From: Anaerohalosphaeraceae bacterium
GTDB lineage: Bacteria > Planctomycetota > Phycisphaerae > Sedimentisphaerales > Anaerohalosphaeraceae
NCBI GenBank assembly: GCA_963675525.2
Contig: CAXXSL010000016.1
Location: 672,001 to 736,000 of the forward strand
DNA: 64,000 nucleotides
Direction of reading: 5' to 3'
Shown: positions 1-10,547 of the stretch, in pieces
Position numbering within the stretch: position 1 is the first letter of the stretch
Layout: each line of letters starts with the position of its first letter
Notes under the pieces: model-generated
The model's input: the letters and a program-made list of their open reading frames with translations, nothing else
What the model was told of the DNA's origin: nothing
The model's database searches: none
Made by a program: the position numbers and the translations under genes

Positions 1-2367
1 TCGTTCGGGCTTTGGCCCCAATATCGCAGCGCCCTGCTGTAACAGTTCGACAACCTTTTCTAAAGCCGCCAATGACAAAACTCTATGTCCCGGCAATACA
101 AGCAGGCGATAGCGGCCGCCGCCGGGGGTGATGATCTTTCCATCAAGCACTTTCAATTTAAGCAAAATGTCTTCATTGGTCACATCATAATCGTATCCGG
201 GCATCGCCCCGGCCGGGTCGGATTCTTTCAGAGCCGCAATATTGGGAACATGATCGCCGTAATAATATAATACATCCGCTACAAATGTGCCGCGTTGCGT
301 CAGAGACTGAATGCGATTGATATAATCCATAAACGCATCGGAATACTCCCACCACGTCACCTGCGGATTTACATGTGTACCGGCAAAATATTCCTGACCG
401 GGCAAACCCATTTCTTTCGGCGAACAGGTAAAAGTATGAAAAAAGATCATATTCAAACCCGAACAAAATTCATGATCCATGCTCGGCTTTTGCGATTTCC
501 ACAGAACATCATTCCAGTGCGGGCCAATTGACGTAAATGATTCGGCCCCGACATATTGTTTGCCGTAAATATGTGCCGCAGAGGAGGCCTGCTTAACAAA
601 GAAACGCTGCGGAGGGGTGGGCCGATGCGGCGAAGGCACCCAGAACTCACTCATCATAATATCACTGTGGGAATAATTTTTAATTCCGTCCATTGGTCCT
701 GCATGAGGCCCAGCTGATTCAGGCTGAATCCCGAGGTTGTATCGGGCGGCATGCTCGGCGAAGACCTTATAATGATTCTCGGAAACACAATGAGCCAGCG
801 TCTTTCTAAGATCGGCCAAAAAAGCATTGCTGGCCTGACGGTTCTCAACAATTTTTCCGGCGATGACCGGTAAATATGGGATCGGGTCATAGCCGCAGTA
901 TTTTTTGTAGTCTTCTGCAAATTCCGGGCTCCAGTTCATCCCGCCGCATTCCCAACTGTCGGTTTCCAACTGCTTTAAGACAGTTCCAGCCAGTGGTCCT
1001 GCTTTTTTGAGTAACGGATCAACAACTTCGGCCCAATACCGGTCGAAAGCCTCCTTGTTGAGATAATCGATCACGTGCCCTTTCCAGTCAGCACTGAATG
1101 TCGAAACATGAGAATCTGTAATGGTATATCCAAACCGCAGAATCGTCCATGTTCCGGCAGGGATATCCCATGTGAGCCGGCCGTTAGAATTCATCTTACC
1201 CGTAATATCCCGGATATCCTCCAGCAAGGCGTCCTCTTCTCCCGGTATGGAGGGGTTGTCATTTAACAAAAACCGGGTGTCCGGAGCGGACATGCCGATT
1301 TCTTCATATCCAGATTTTAACCTAAGATCCTTAATGGGTTCTCCGGAAGCACTATTCATCATTTTCTGCCCCTCGGAATCAAGCAAAAGCGTCAGATTAG
1401 AGACCTGCACGTTCCGCGGGGACTCCGGAAACCGGAGATCATAAGCATCTTCAAACAGAATGCGGAAAATCTTGCCCTGAATCGGGTCAAACGTAATATC
1501 ATTTGATTCGGGGTGAAGTGAGTATACGTCTGTCTTTTTTTCATCGTCCAGGCACAACACTCGGCATTTCTTAGGACCGTATCCGGGCCGACTCTGCATC
1601 TGTAAACCGGAAAGAATCACAGGTTTGATAAACGAGAATTGCAGCCATTCGGGAGCCTTTGTGGTCGGACCCTGCCCGGGTTCTGTTCCTGCACTGACCC
1701 AGAATGTCTCGTTCTTTCCGTCAATTGCTTCAGCGGGAGGATAATTGCCCTGATGGGAACTGGCGCTCAGATCAAATCCCGTCCGGGACCTGATCGTTTC
1801 GGGATATGCCAAGACACAGACATCACGATAGTAATCGTTTCGGTAATCCGGCATCGGGAGTTTTTGGCTATAAGACATCGGCCCTTTAACCTGAATCTCG
1901 GACCATGTCAATTGTTTGGCCGCGAAATCCGGGGTGACATTCGGCCCGCCCAGATTCCAGCCGCTTTGAATAGACAACCCCAACTCCAAGCCAAGCCGCT
2001 GAGCTTCTTTCAGGGCATGCATATATAACTCAACCCAGGCGGGGCTTGCGAATGTCGGCCCGGCCGGAACTTGCGCATTTCCCCGCTGGTCTGCTCCCCC
2101 TGCATCAAAGATCATCGCACCACAAAAGCCTTTTTCATGCATTGCCTCCAGGTCTTTGGTGATCGCTTCTTTGGTTACATTACTGTTGAGCCACCACCAC
2201 CAGCAGCGAACACCAGAATTCCTCCGAGGATTTGTAAAGTCTCTTTCTATGCGGTTTTCAACAACGGTGATCTGGGATGCTGTTGACGAATTACAACCTA
2301 ACAAAACCAATATCAAAAACATAATGGTACACAGATATCTGCTGTGAAATTGACGTTTTTTTGTCAT
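1..2367 (-). CDS. Glycoside hydrolase family 106 (alpha-L-rhamnosidase-like), probable lipoprotein; 3' end runs off the window
   Basis: Absent from the ORF track because it has no stop in the window. Both ends were translated by hand in the same frame from ATG 2367: signal ...LLGC, RCWWWWLNSNVTKEAITKDLEAM, GLSIQSGWNLGGP, and near position 1 EYFAGTHVNPQVTWW...ADVLYYYGDHVP...GYDYD...YRLLVLP, typical of GH106. Confidence 0.85.
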   Translation of the reverse strand, partial: MTKKRQFHSRYLCTIMFLILVLLGCNSSTASQITVVENRIERDFTNPRRNSGVRCWWWWLNSNVTKEAITKDLEAMHEKGFCGAMIFDAGGADQRGNAQVPAGPTFASPAWVELYMHALKEAQRLGLELGLSIQSGWNLGGPNVTPDFAAKQLTWSEIQVKGPMSYSQKLPMPDYRNDYYRDVCVLAYPETIRSRTGFDLSASSHQGNYPPAEAIDGKNETFWVSAGTEPGQGPTTKAPEWLQFSFIKPVILSGLQMQSRPGYGPKKCRVLCLDDEKKTDVYSLHPESNDITFDPIQGKIFRILFEDAYDLRFPESPRNVQVSNLTLLLDSEGQKMMNSASGEPIKDLRLKSGYEEIGMSAPDTRFLLNDNPSIPGEEDALLEDIRDITGKMNSNGRLTWDIPAGTWTILRFGYTITDSHVSTFSADWKGHVIDYLNKEAFDRYWAEVVDPLLKKAGPLAGTVLKQLETDSWECGGMNWSPEFAEDYKKYCGYDPIPYLPVIAGKIVENRQASNAFLADLRKTLAHCVSENHYKVFAEHAARYNLGIQPESAGPHAGPMDGIKNYSHSDIMMSEFWVPSPHRPTPPQRFFVKQASSAAHIYGKQYVGAESFTSIGPHWNDVLWKSQKPSMDHEFCSGLNMIFFHTFTCSPKEMGLPGQEYFAGTHVNPQVTWWEYSDAFMDYINRIQSLTQRGTFVADVLYYYGDHVPNIAALKESDPAGAMPGYDYDVTNEDILLKLKVLDGKIITPGGGRYRLLVLPGHRVLSLAALEKVVELLQQGAAILGPKPER

Positions 2368-2758
2368 TTTTCTTCCCTGAAAAGTATCGACTGTTTCCTT
2401 TTTATTTTCTTTCAAATTGTATCCACTTGTATAATAAGGGCTGGAATTATCACAGGCATTCACCGCACCGTCCTAATTCGTGTGACATGTTTATCTTTGA
2501 ATCTACCGAAGACCACATAAAAAATCAATAAGAATATGGAGAAAACAGCGATGATACCGTTCCCATTAAGGCACGAAAAATCCGGCAAATTGCCCTACAC
2601 AAATTAGTCTGCATTAAGCCCGGCTCTTAAAACAGCTTGATATCGTCAGCCTGTAGTTACCATCCAGAAGAGGCCCAATGCCCTTCTCGGACCATTAATC
2701 ATCACGTCTTGATACCTGTCTCAGAAACATAAATTTCGGGAATCGAACAATCATCAAA

Positions 2759-5700
2759 TTACTGACTTGCAATCGCCTGTATTTCCTGTTGTGTCAGCGC
2801 TGTATCATAGATCCGGACCTCATCGATCAGGCCCTGGAAGTAACGGGGACCGCCGGCGGCTAAATACGCGCCGATCTTAACATCTTCAGCCGAACCGCTA
2901 TTGATCGGCTCGTCCGCAAAGGAACTGATCGTTTCAAGCTGACCGTCAACATACAATTGAGCTTCTGCAATATCCGGGCTGCCGTCATCGGCGACCACAA
3001 CGGCAACATGGTGCCATGTGTTGTTATTGATGACGGTGGTGCCGATAATATTGCCGCCCTGGACTTCCGCGCGAAGCTGACCGCCTTCATTAACACGAAT
3101 GACCCAGCGGCCGCCATTGTATTCTTCGCCCCACGTCAGGATCTCACCGGAGACCGAAGCGGTTTTGATCCAAGCCATACAGGTACGGCTGCCACCGCCG
3201 GGAATGCCTTGATAGCCGGACACTTCGACATGGTCGTTCGTGCCGTCAAAACTAAGGGCATTGCCGGAATAGCCCAAATCCCATGTCGGAGCATTGACAA
3301 GCGTGCCTGGCCGCCAATAGATCGAGCTATCGTATGCCGTATCGCCGCTTGTTTCGTCGAATTTCAAATGAAGCTGCATGGCTTCATCACCCAGCCAATT
3401 ATGGGCTAATACTGAGAAATCTGAGACGGTGACATCATCATCGCCATCCAGATCCGCGCCGTCACAGGCAGGGGCATCCACACAATCCAGCATTAACCAT
3501 TGGGCCGCGAAACCGAGCAGATCGGTCATCCCTTGCGTACCAGAATAGGTATTGGCAACCTGAATCGTCATCGTCGCCGTATCATAAAAACCGGTGCCGT
3601 CTGTTACACTAACCGTAAAACTATTCTCGCCAATGTTGACATCACGCGGAATACCCGACAATGCTCCATCCGGCGCCACAGTCAGCCAGTTCGGACCGGA
3701 GACCTTCGAGAAGGTCATCGGGTCACTTTCCGGATCGGACGCATCGTCAGCAATCGTGCTGTTATAGGCCTTAAGCTCGATAGCGTCGATCTCAGTGACC
3801 GGGTCAACGATAAATAACGGAACACCCCAGGGCGAAAGATAAGAACCGTCAATGATCTGCTGACTCAGGCCTGGCCCCTGCCAGGCGACAGCCAGGTTGT
3901 CGCCGCCGGTACCTTCCTTCTGAAGCACTTCAATGTAGTACATCTGCCCGCCCGTCAATGTGATCGATAACGATTGCTGCTCGAAATACTTGGTCCATTC
4001 ACGCGAATTGGTCCAACCTGGAACATTAGCGATCAACGTTGCGTTAGCCGGATTGCTATCTGTGCTTAAATACAGTTCACAATTGTCATCACCCGCGACC
4101 CAGAACGTGTAATTGCCACTGGTGGGCGGATGAATATAGCCGCGAATGCGTGTACCGTAATTATCCGCCCAATCCGTAAGACCTTCTAGGCTGATCAACT
4201 GCTCACTGCCTGTTGGATTATTCGGATAATTCGCATTGGACGTCAAATCCGTGACCGCCGTGCCCGTAATCCCGGTCCACCACTGGCGCAGGATCGTGCC
4301 GCTGGCGCCGCCGATTTGCGGTGTCGCACTGACCTGGCTCGAATTGGCAGATCGGTTGAGCGATTCGTCGACAGCTTTCACAACATAATAGTATGGGATT
4401 GTCTGGGTCGCCTCATTGTCCGTAAAGGATGTGCCTGTAATACCGCGGCCAACAATGTCATATGGACCGTCGCTGGTTGTAGATCGCAGCACTGTGTAGC
4501 CGGCCAGATCCGATTCGGAATTCGCATTCCAAGTCAGATCCACTGACGTCGCGTTCGCAGTAGCCGTGACACCTGTCGGAACCGCCGGTGCAACAAACTC
4601 GATCGCTGTGCCGACCGGAAGCAGCCGCCACATCTGATTATAGCCTCCCACAGAATCCCATTGACGAATATTCGCGCCGTCAGATATGGAGGCCCCCTCC
4701 ACATCAAGACATTTTTTGTTCCATCTGCTTCGAATATAGAACCAGCCGTCCTCGATATAATCAAAGTACCACTGCTGATTCTCGCCCCCTGCAGTACCTG
4801 CCATATCCCACTGTGCGATATTGCCGCCGTTATTATATGAAAAATTAAACACGTCCGCACATTTACCTGAATGCACAACAGTGACTTTGAAATGACTCCA
4901 GTCCCCGCCACTATAGGAATTGAGTGATTCAATATCCCACTGCTGGTGAGTCCCGCCGGTATAGGTGTTCTGCCGGATGTTAGCACCATTGCTGGTCGAA
5001 GCGGACGCTACTTCCATCACCTTACTGCTATTGCGGTTCACCAGCACATAGCGGCCGTCAGTAATCGGCGGCTGAACGTCATCGCCCCAGGTGATATTGA
5101 TTACCCTCTCAGCATTTTTATGGTTTGAGGTTTGATAACCGTCACCGCCTGAAGTCGCAACAGTGTACGACCGCTGCGGGCCGTGACCGTCAAAAAACAC
5201 GGGGCGATCCGCGCAGTAAAACTCGTAAGTAGTCGGCCTGGCTTGCCGTTCCTGCTCACCGACAAAGCCCTGTACTCTTCCATCCGCATGACGATAAACC
5301 GCAGCCGCCGTCCAGTTGGGCAGGTGTTCGGCATAGCCGAGACGTTTGCCGAATCGGCAAGCCTGAGCAAACTCGCCTCGCGCCCTTCCCGCGGTTCCCC
5401 ACCAAATCACACCATCTAAACCATATTCAGCCCCGACAATGCATTCACCAACATTATGCACTTCCGGCTCAAATGTTTCGATGGAATTGCAGGAATGCAA
5501 AAAAGCCACATATTCCGAACACGCTCCTGCCAGGTTGTGTGTCGATCCCAATGCAGCACGGGATCTGATCGGATCAAACCAATCAAACACCACATCAGAA
5601 TTTAATACGCCGAGTCCACCCGTGAGCATGCCGGAAAATTCCGAGCGGCTCTGCATGTACCCCAGCGCATCGTAGTAATCCTGCGGCGAACCCTGCCTGC

Positions 5701-6223
5701 CGGGCTGAAGGTCAGGTTCATTGGCCAAATCGAGCCAGTCAATGTCAGGGGTATTAGACAGCAAACTGAGATAACGCACATTAGCCGAAAACAGAGCCGC
5801 AAGCCGATCGGGATACACGCGATCCTGCCCGCTGATATACCAGTCACTTTCTATATTGTCACAATACAAATACCACTTCAGATCGGCGCCACCATCGGCA
5901 ACGATCGCATTAAGTTTGCCCTGCAGATACGACTTGTCAGTATCACTAAGTTCACTGTCCCATATGGTTGATCCATTAGTCAATTCAGAATCCTGTGCGC
6001 AAGGCACGCGTACGCAATTTAACGCATCACCCATGAAGATAACGCTACGAGGTACTTGATATACCCATCCCCTATCATACCCCCAGTGTGTAATATTCTT
6101 GCTCTGGCCCGAATCTGAAGTGCTAAATGTCACTGTTCGGTCCGCACCGAAGACAGTTGCGTTGAACACTGCCATAAAGAGCGATATCACAAGCAAAAAC
6201 AATAGATTGCCTGGAATTTTCAT
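2759..6223 (-). CDS. Secreted modular glycosidase-like protein: putative clan GH-A barrel + ricin-B lectin + FN3 + PA14 + Ig/cadherin-like + dockerin-like + LamG
   Basis: Start moved to MKIPGN (ATG 6223, AGAGGT upstream, signal peptide). Motifs: ANEPD, QxW ricin repeats (HQQWDI, NQQWYF, NQMWRL), FN3 LTWNANSESDLAGYTVLR, PA14 YGTRIRGYIHPPTSGNYTFWVAGDD, DLDGDDDVTVSDF, LamG WHHVAVV...GLIDEVRIYD. Confidence 0.85.
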   Translation of the reverse strand: MKIPGNLLFLLVISLFMAVFNATVFGADRTVTFSTSDSGQSKNITHWGYDRGWVYQVPRSVIFMGDALNCVRVPCAQDSELTNGSTIWDSELSDTDKSYLQGKLNAIVADGGADLKWYLYCDNIESDWYISGQDRVYPDRLAALFSANVRYLSLLSNTPDIDWLDLANEPDLQPGRQGSPQDYYDALGYMQSRSEFSGMLTGGLGVLNSDVVFDWFDPIRSRAALGSTHNLAGACSEYVAFLHSCNSIETFEPEVHNVGECIVGAEYGLDGVIWWGTAGRARGEFAQACRFGKRLGYAEHLPNWTAAAVYRHADGRVQGFVGEQERQARPTTYEFYCADRPVFFDGHGPQRSYTVATSGGDGYQTSNHKNAERVINITWGDDVQPPITDGRYVLVNRNSSKVMEVASASTSNGANIRQNTYTGGTHQQWDIESLNSYSGGDWSHFKVTVVHSGKCADVFNFSYNNGGNIAQWDMAGTAGGENQQWYFDYIEDGWFYIRSRWNKKCLDVEGASISDGANIRQWDSVGGYNQMWRLLPVGTAIEFVAPAVPTGVTATANATSVDLTWNANSESDLAGYTVLRSTTSDGPYDIVGRGITGTSFTDNEATQTIPYYYVVKAVDESLNRSANSSQVSATPQIGGASGTILRQWWTGITGTAVTDLTSNANYPNNPTGSEQLISLEGLTDWADNYGTRIRGYIHPPTSGNYTFWVAGDDNCELYLSTDSNPANATLIANVPGWTNSREWTKYFEQQSLSITLTGGQMYYIEVLQKEGTGGDNLAVAWQGPGLSQQIIDGSYLSPWGVPLFIVDPVTEIDAIELKAYNSTIADDASDPESDPMTFSKVSGPNWLTVAPDGALSGIPRDVNIGENSFTVSVTDGTGFYDTATMTIQVANTYSGTQGMTDLLGFAAQWLMLDCVDAPACDGADLDGDDDVTVSDFSVLAHNWLGDEAMQLHLKFDETSGDTAYDSSIYWRPGTLVNAPTWDLGYSGNALSFDGTNDHVEVSGYQGIPGGGSRTCMAWIKTASVSGEILTWGEEYNGGRWVIRVNEGGQLRAEVQGGNIIGTTVINNNTWHHVAVVVADDGSPDIAEAQLYVDGQLETISSFADEPINSGSAEDVKIGAYLAAGGPRYFQGLIDEVRIYDTALTQQEIQAIASQ
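2782..3510. repeat. Direct repeat copy 1 (about 730 bp, dockerin+LamG coding tail)
   Basis: Near-identical to 6511-7239 at an offset of 3729 bp. Confidence 0.95.
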
Positions 6224-6490
6224 GACACCTCTACTGCCAACGTGTATCTCCATGGAAAAAAAACCAATCTCTAGCATTTTGTTCATGTCCCCAACTGGGA
6301 ATAGTGTCATTAGTAAGTGTATCATACCCAAATTAAAACTTTTTTTAGTATACCGTTTCATAAAAACGATAATTTTAATGAAAAACCAGAATTACGGGAT
6401 AAATCCGGAGGCATCAGCCTGCAAACCTATTATTGTACGGCGGTTTCCGGCGGTCCTAAATGGCTACTCGGAGCGTCACCAATAATACTT

Positions 6491-9400
6491 TTATTGCACA
6501 AGACTCTGAATTTCCTGTTCTGTCAGCGCCGTATCATAGATCCGTACCTCGTCGATCAGGCCCTGGAAGTAACGGGGACCGCCGGCGGCTAAATACGCTC
6601 CGATCTTAACATCTTCAGCCGAACCGCTATTGATCGGCTCGTCCGCAAAGGAACTGATCGTTTCAAGCTGACCGTCAACATACAATTGAGCTTCCGCAAT
6701 ATCCGGGCTGCCGTCATCGGCGACCACAACGGCAACATGGTGCCAGGTGTCGTTATTGATGACGGTGGTGCCGATGATATTGCCGCCCTGGACTTCCGCG
6801 CGAAGCTGACCGCCTTCATTGACACGAATGACCCAGCGGCCGCCATCGTATTCTTCGCCCCATGTAATGATCTCACCGGAGACCGAAGCGGTTTTGATCC
6901 AGGCCATACAGGTGCGGCTGGCACCGCCGGGAATGCCTTGATAGCCGGACACTTCGACATAGTCGTTCGTGCCGTCAAAACTAAGGGCACCGCCGGAATG
7001 GCCCAAATCCCAGGCCGGAGCATTGACAAGCGTGCCTGGCCGCCAATAGATCGAATTATCGTATGCCGTATCGCCGCTTGTTTCGTTGAATTTCAAATGA
7101 AGCTGCAGGGCTTCATCACCCAGCCAATTATGGGCTAATACTGAGAAATCTGAAACGGTGACATCATCATCGCCATCCAGATCCGCGCCGTTACAGGCCG
7201 GGACATCCACACAATCCAGCGACAGCCATTGAGCCGCAAGGCCGGCCAGGTCTTCTGTGCCGCGGACGCCGGAATAGATATTGGCTACCTGAATCGTCAT
7301 CGTGGCAGTATCGGATAAACCGCCCGTATCTGTGACCCGAATTGTAAATGTATCCGTACCGGAAATTGAATCGGTCGGAACTCCGGAAAGCGTCCCGTCC
7401 GGTGCCACCGCCAGCCATTTAGGCCCGGAGTCTTTGCTGAAGGTCAGCGAACCACTTTCAGGATCACTTGCGTTATCGGCAAGTGTGCTGCTGTAAACAG
7501 TGCCCTCGGTCGCGTCAATCTCGTTAATAGGATGCGTAGTGAAAGACGGCGGCTCATTTATTGGCCCCCAAATTTGTGCTTCCCAAAAACCAAGCCAACC
7601 GCTGCCGTCGCTGTTATTGCCTGTCATTGTTACTTTAACATAACGGCCGCTGGTAGGTGTAAATGTCGTTTCCCAATAGCCGGTAGTCGTACTGGTACTG
7701 CCATTGAATACCTGAACGCCGTCAATCTCAATACGAATGGGATTCGTACGCGATGCACCATTGTAGAATTTCAGTTTAATTCGATCAATCTCAGATACGG
7801 ATCCAAGGTCGTATGTGATCCAGGCGTTCGCCACAGTACCATCATTGGCCCAGCGAGTATTTCGATTACGGTCATAGGAGTTCACTGCCGAATTACCCGT
7901 CTGTTCTGCACCTGCGTCAACACTTACAATGTCAAGAGGTGCTGCTACAAATTGAGCCGCTTGGTTGTTTGAGAGCAATTCCGCAATCTGACTGGCGCTT
8001 AGTGCATAATCAGCAATCATAACGTCATCAAGCATCCCGTCAAATAGCGGATCGGTGGACCACTGACTCTTACCGATGTAGTTGTTTTGAGGCATCATGT
8101 TCGATGGATTGTTCGTCATAGAGGTGCTCGATGCCGCCGGAGTGCCGTTCACATAAAGTGTTCCGGTGTTACCGCCCAAGGTAACCGCAACATGGGTCCA
8201 GGTTCCCGTTGGCAACGGGGAAGAGGCATACAGGTTCTGATAGGCGGCTGTGGTCTTAAATCCAAATCGCAAATTACCCCCTGAATTCGGAGACAGGAAC
8301 ATGTATTCCGTGGTACCGTTGCCAAAGTCGAAAATACGCTGCTGCTGGGTTCCGCCGTTCCAATAGACCCAGGCCGCGAATGTAAAGTCAGCGTCTTCAC
8401 CCATATGGGTCGGCAGTACCAGATAGTCATCGGCGCCATCCAGAACCATGGCATTGTCATTCTGGCCTGCCACCCGTTTAGGTGCTCCATAGACCAGCGG
8501 ATTGTTGCCGTTGCCGGAACTATCTCGGAAATCCGCGTCAAAGGAATAGATGGTGTTCGCACTTTTTCCCGAACCTGGAACTTCCTGCTGATAGCCGACC
8601 GGAGAGACTTGGTCGCGGTAAACTTCTCCGGCTTCGGTTGGCCAACCGTCATCCCACTCGACACGCCGCACGTCCTCCACCCAGTTATAGATCGCATATC
8701 GCTCAACCCATGGGGTGCTGTCAAGCATATCGATCATCGCACCAATGGTTGCGGCCTGCTGCGCATAAGTCGGATCGCCGCATCCGGTCCAGTTGGCGCC
8801 GTTGTTCCACTCAGTGATCCAGATAGGCCTGCCGGTTTGGTCGTGGACTGCCTTGAGGTAGTCATACATTTGCGTTGCCGCACCACTCGGGTTCGCAGGA
8901 TTATAGCACCAGTAATAGTGAACACTGACAAAGTCAACCCGCAAATCAGCTGCATCGGCCTGTTCCATAAACGGATACAACCAACTGCTTCGTCCCCCGT
9001 CAGTCGTCGCTGGCGAACCGACACGCAGTCCCGTGCCCAACAAATCCGGCCATGACCAAATAGCATCGCCTACGGAAATATTGGCTTCGAGCGTGTTATC
9101 CGGTTCGTTGTAGCCCAGCAGGTGGGAGGCTCCACGTGTCTGCCAGTTCTGTCCCAGACTGGGCCACCAACGCTCCTGACGTATAGGGACATACTCCTTG
9201 TCCAGGGTCGAGTTCTGGTCGAGGTTCCAGTTATACCACCACTTGATGTTCAGTTGAGAGCCAATGTTTCCTGCAATACCCTTCTTGCTGACCCATCGCC
9301 ATGGAAAAACGCGCACAAAGTTGATCTGGTCATTCAATTTTCCCGGAAGGACAGCAATTTCCAGATCGCAATCCTGTGCGACATAATTCTTGCTGTAGCC

Positions 9401-9973
9401 GGTTCCGTATATGGTCTGGGCAAATGTTGCGGTATATCCCCGCTTCAAAATAAAAGAACTGATCTCGTTGGCCATTGCCCCCAGGGACGTTGTATCGTAT
9501 TGGGTGTATTGGTTCAAGTATGCGGAACTTCCCTGAAAATTATCCTCGGTAAACACCTGCAACGGTTGAAAGGTCGAAGATTGGGGGATGACAACCGCTC
9601 CGGCGGCATATTCCACAACCCGAACATTGGTGTTCAGAACCGCATTTGCCCCACCGACCTTAATCTGACTTAGATAGGTAGAGTTCGCTACGGACGGCTT
9701 GATGCCTTCCAGGAAGAAAAAAGAATCCACCGAGTTGAGATTGATCGTACAGCCGGATATCGGAGTCGTTGTATTGGTGACATGCAATTCCGAAACGCCG
9801 TTCATATTCACGACATCACCAGTCAAACTGGTATAGGTCTGGACGTCATCGACGATATTGATCGTGGCCGCCTTTGCCGTAAATGGCAGCAAAATCATAA
9901 AAGCAACTATGCCATATTTTACTAATGTTTGGTGAACCGGTTTTTGCGAATTCTTTATGACAATTTTATGCAT
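6491..9973 (-). CDS. Secreted modular GH128 (Glyco_hydro_cc) beta-glucanase-like protein: beta/gamma-crystallin-like + GH128 + LamG + F5/8-type C (CBM32-like) + Ig-like + dockerin-like + LamG
   Basis: WWYNWN...EYVP...HLLGYNEPD...RVGSPA...VDFVSVHYY...PIWITEW...WVERYA (GH128); VFTEDNFQG/ISSFILKRG (crystallin-like); DRNRNTRW...GRYVKV (F5/8C); two LamG domains. Confidence 0.88.
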   Translation of the reverse strand: MHKIVIKNSQKPVHQTLVKYGIVAFMILLPFTAKAATINIVDDVQTYTSLTGDVVNMNGVSELHVTNTTTPISGCTINLNSVDSFFFLEGIKPSVANSTYLSQIKVGGANAVLNTNVRVVEYAAGAVVIPQSSTFQPLQVFTEDNFQGSSAYLNQYTQYDTTSLGAMANEISSFILKRGYTATFAQTIYGTGYSKNYVAQDCDLEIAVLPGKLNDQINFVRVFPWRWVSKKGIAGNIGSQLNIKWWYNWNLDQNSTLDKEYVPIRQERWWPSLGQNWQTRGASHLLGYNEPDNTLEANISVGDAIWSWPDLLGTGLRVGSPATTDGGRSSWLYPFMEQADAADLRVDFVSVHYYWCYNPANPSGAATQMYDYLKAVHDQTGRPIWITEWNNGANWTGCGDPTYAQQAATIGAMIDMLDSTPWVERYAIYNWVEDVRRVEWDDGWPTEAGEVYRDQVSPVGYQQEVPGSGKSANTIYSFDADFRDSSGNGNNPLVYGAPKRVAGQNDNAMVLDGADDYLVLPTHMGEDADFTFAAWVYWNGGTQQQRIFDFGNGTTEYMFLSPNSGGNLRFGFKTTAAYQNLYASSPLPTGTWTHVAVTLGGNTGTLYVNGTPAASSTSMTNNPSNMMPQNNYIGKSQWSTDPLFDGMLDDVMIADYALSASQIAELLSNNQAAQFVAAPLDIVSVDAGAEQTGNSAVNSYDRNRNTRWANDGTVANAWITYDLGSVSEIDRIKLKFYNGASRTNPIRIEIDGVQVFNGSTSTTTGYWETTFTPTSGRYVKVTMTGNNSDGSGWLGFWEAQIWGPINEPPSFTTHPINEIDATEGTVYSSTLADNASDPESGSLTFSKDSGPKWLAVAPDGTLSGVPTDSISGTDTFTIRVTDTGGLSDTATMTIQVANIYSGVRGTEDLAGLAAQWLSLDCVDVPACNGADLDGDDDVTVSDFSVLAHNWLGDEALQLHLKFNETSGDTAYDNSIYWRPGTLVNAPAWDLGHSGGALSFDGTNDYVEVSGYQGIPGGASRTCMAWIKTASVSGEIITWGEEYDGGRWVIRVNEGGQLRAEVQGGNIIGTTVINNDTWHHVAVVVADDGSPDIAEAQLYVDGQLETISSFADEPINSGSAEDVKIGAYLAAGGPRYFQGLIDEVRIYDTALTEQEIQSLVQ
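6511..7239. repeat. Direct repeat copy 2 (about 730 bp, dockerin+LamG coding tail)
   Basis: Near-identical to 2782-3510. Confidence 0.95.
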
Positions 9974-10304
9974 TTCAGACCCTTTTTTGTTTGATAATCA
10001 ACCATGGCTAATTCAACTTTGCCTATCCCTCTTATAGAATGACCAAAAACCAAATTATTAAACATAAAATCGCCAAATAGCATCAAAAATTCCTTTAACA
10101 CGGGGTTATACTCATCGTGCATAGTAATCTACGATTTTTGTATCTTTTTGTTGTCATTACAGATAAATAAGCAACATTGACATTTTCTGTATCTATTAGC
10201 GAACAAAGCTGTGGTTCCGTGTGGAGTTTGTCCGCCACTGGGTTCAGCAATTTACACAGTGACTGTCCTCAAGGAAGATACAAGAACGCCCCCTTAATAG
10301 CTTC

Positions 10305-10333
10305 ATTATACCATTTTCAAACTCAAAAAGCAA
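10305..10333 (-). promoter_or_regulatory. Sigma70-type promoter TTGCTT-N17-TATAAT with extended -10 TG
   Basis: Minus strand reads ttgctt tttgagtttgaaaatgg tataat. Confidence 0.6.
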
Positions 10334-10451
10334 TTTTTTTATCGCTTTATTATAGGACGTCAAGGCGGTTCACAGTGCGGATTATGGGCCTGTAAAAAGC
10401 CATTCGGTAGATAAGTCAGAAAACCCGGATGATAATAGCATGAAATAAGAA

Positions 10452-10480
10452 GGAACAAAGCCCGTCTTGGGCTTTGTTCC
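10452..10480 (-). terminator. Hairpin downstream of galM, probable intrinsic terminator
   Basis: Perfect 12-bp stem ggaacaaagccc-gtctt-gggctttgttcc followed by a U-rich tract on the minus strand. Confidence 0.6.
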
Positions 10481-10547
10481 ACTGTTTTATAGTCCTTTGG
10501 GGGTACTAAATACGGCCCCAAAAAGCTGTTTGAAGGCCATTGCTGCC

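Noticed and set aside
6224..6361. N-terminal extensions in the ORF track (also galM, GH2, rhaA, pabB, prfA, rsmB, dnaA)
   Set aside because: Downstream starts have better RBS, signal peptide or homology support; the extensions are open frame only.
2782..7239. Diversity-generating retroelement template/variable repeat pair
   Set aside because: Both copies are coding, differences are not adenine-specific, and there is no reverse transcriptase in the window.
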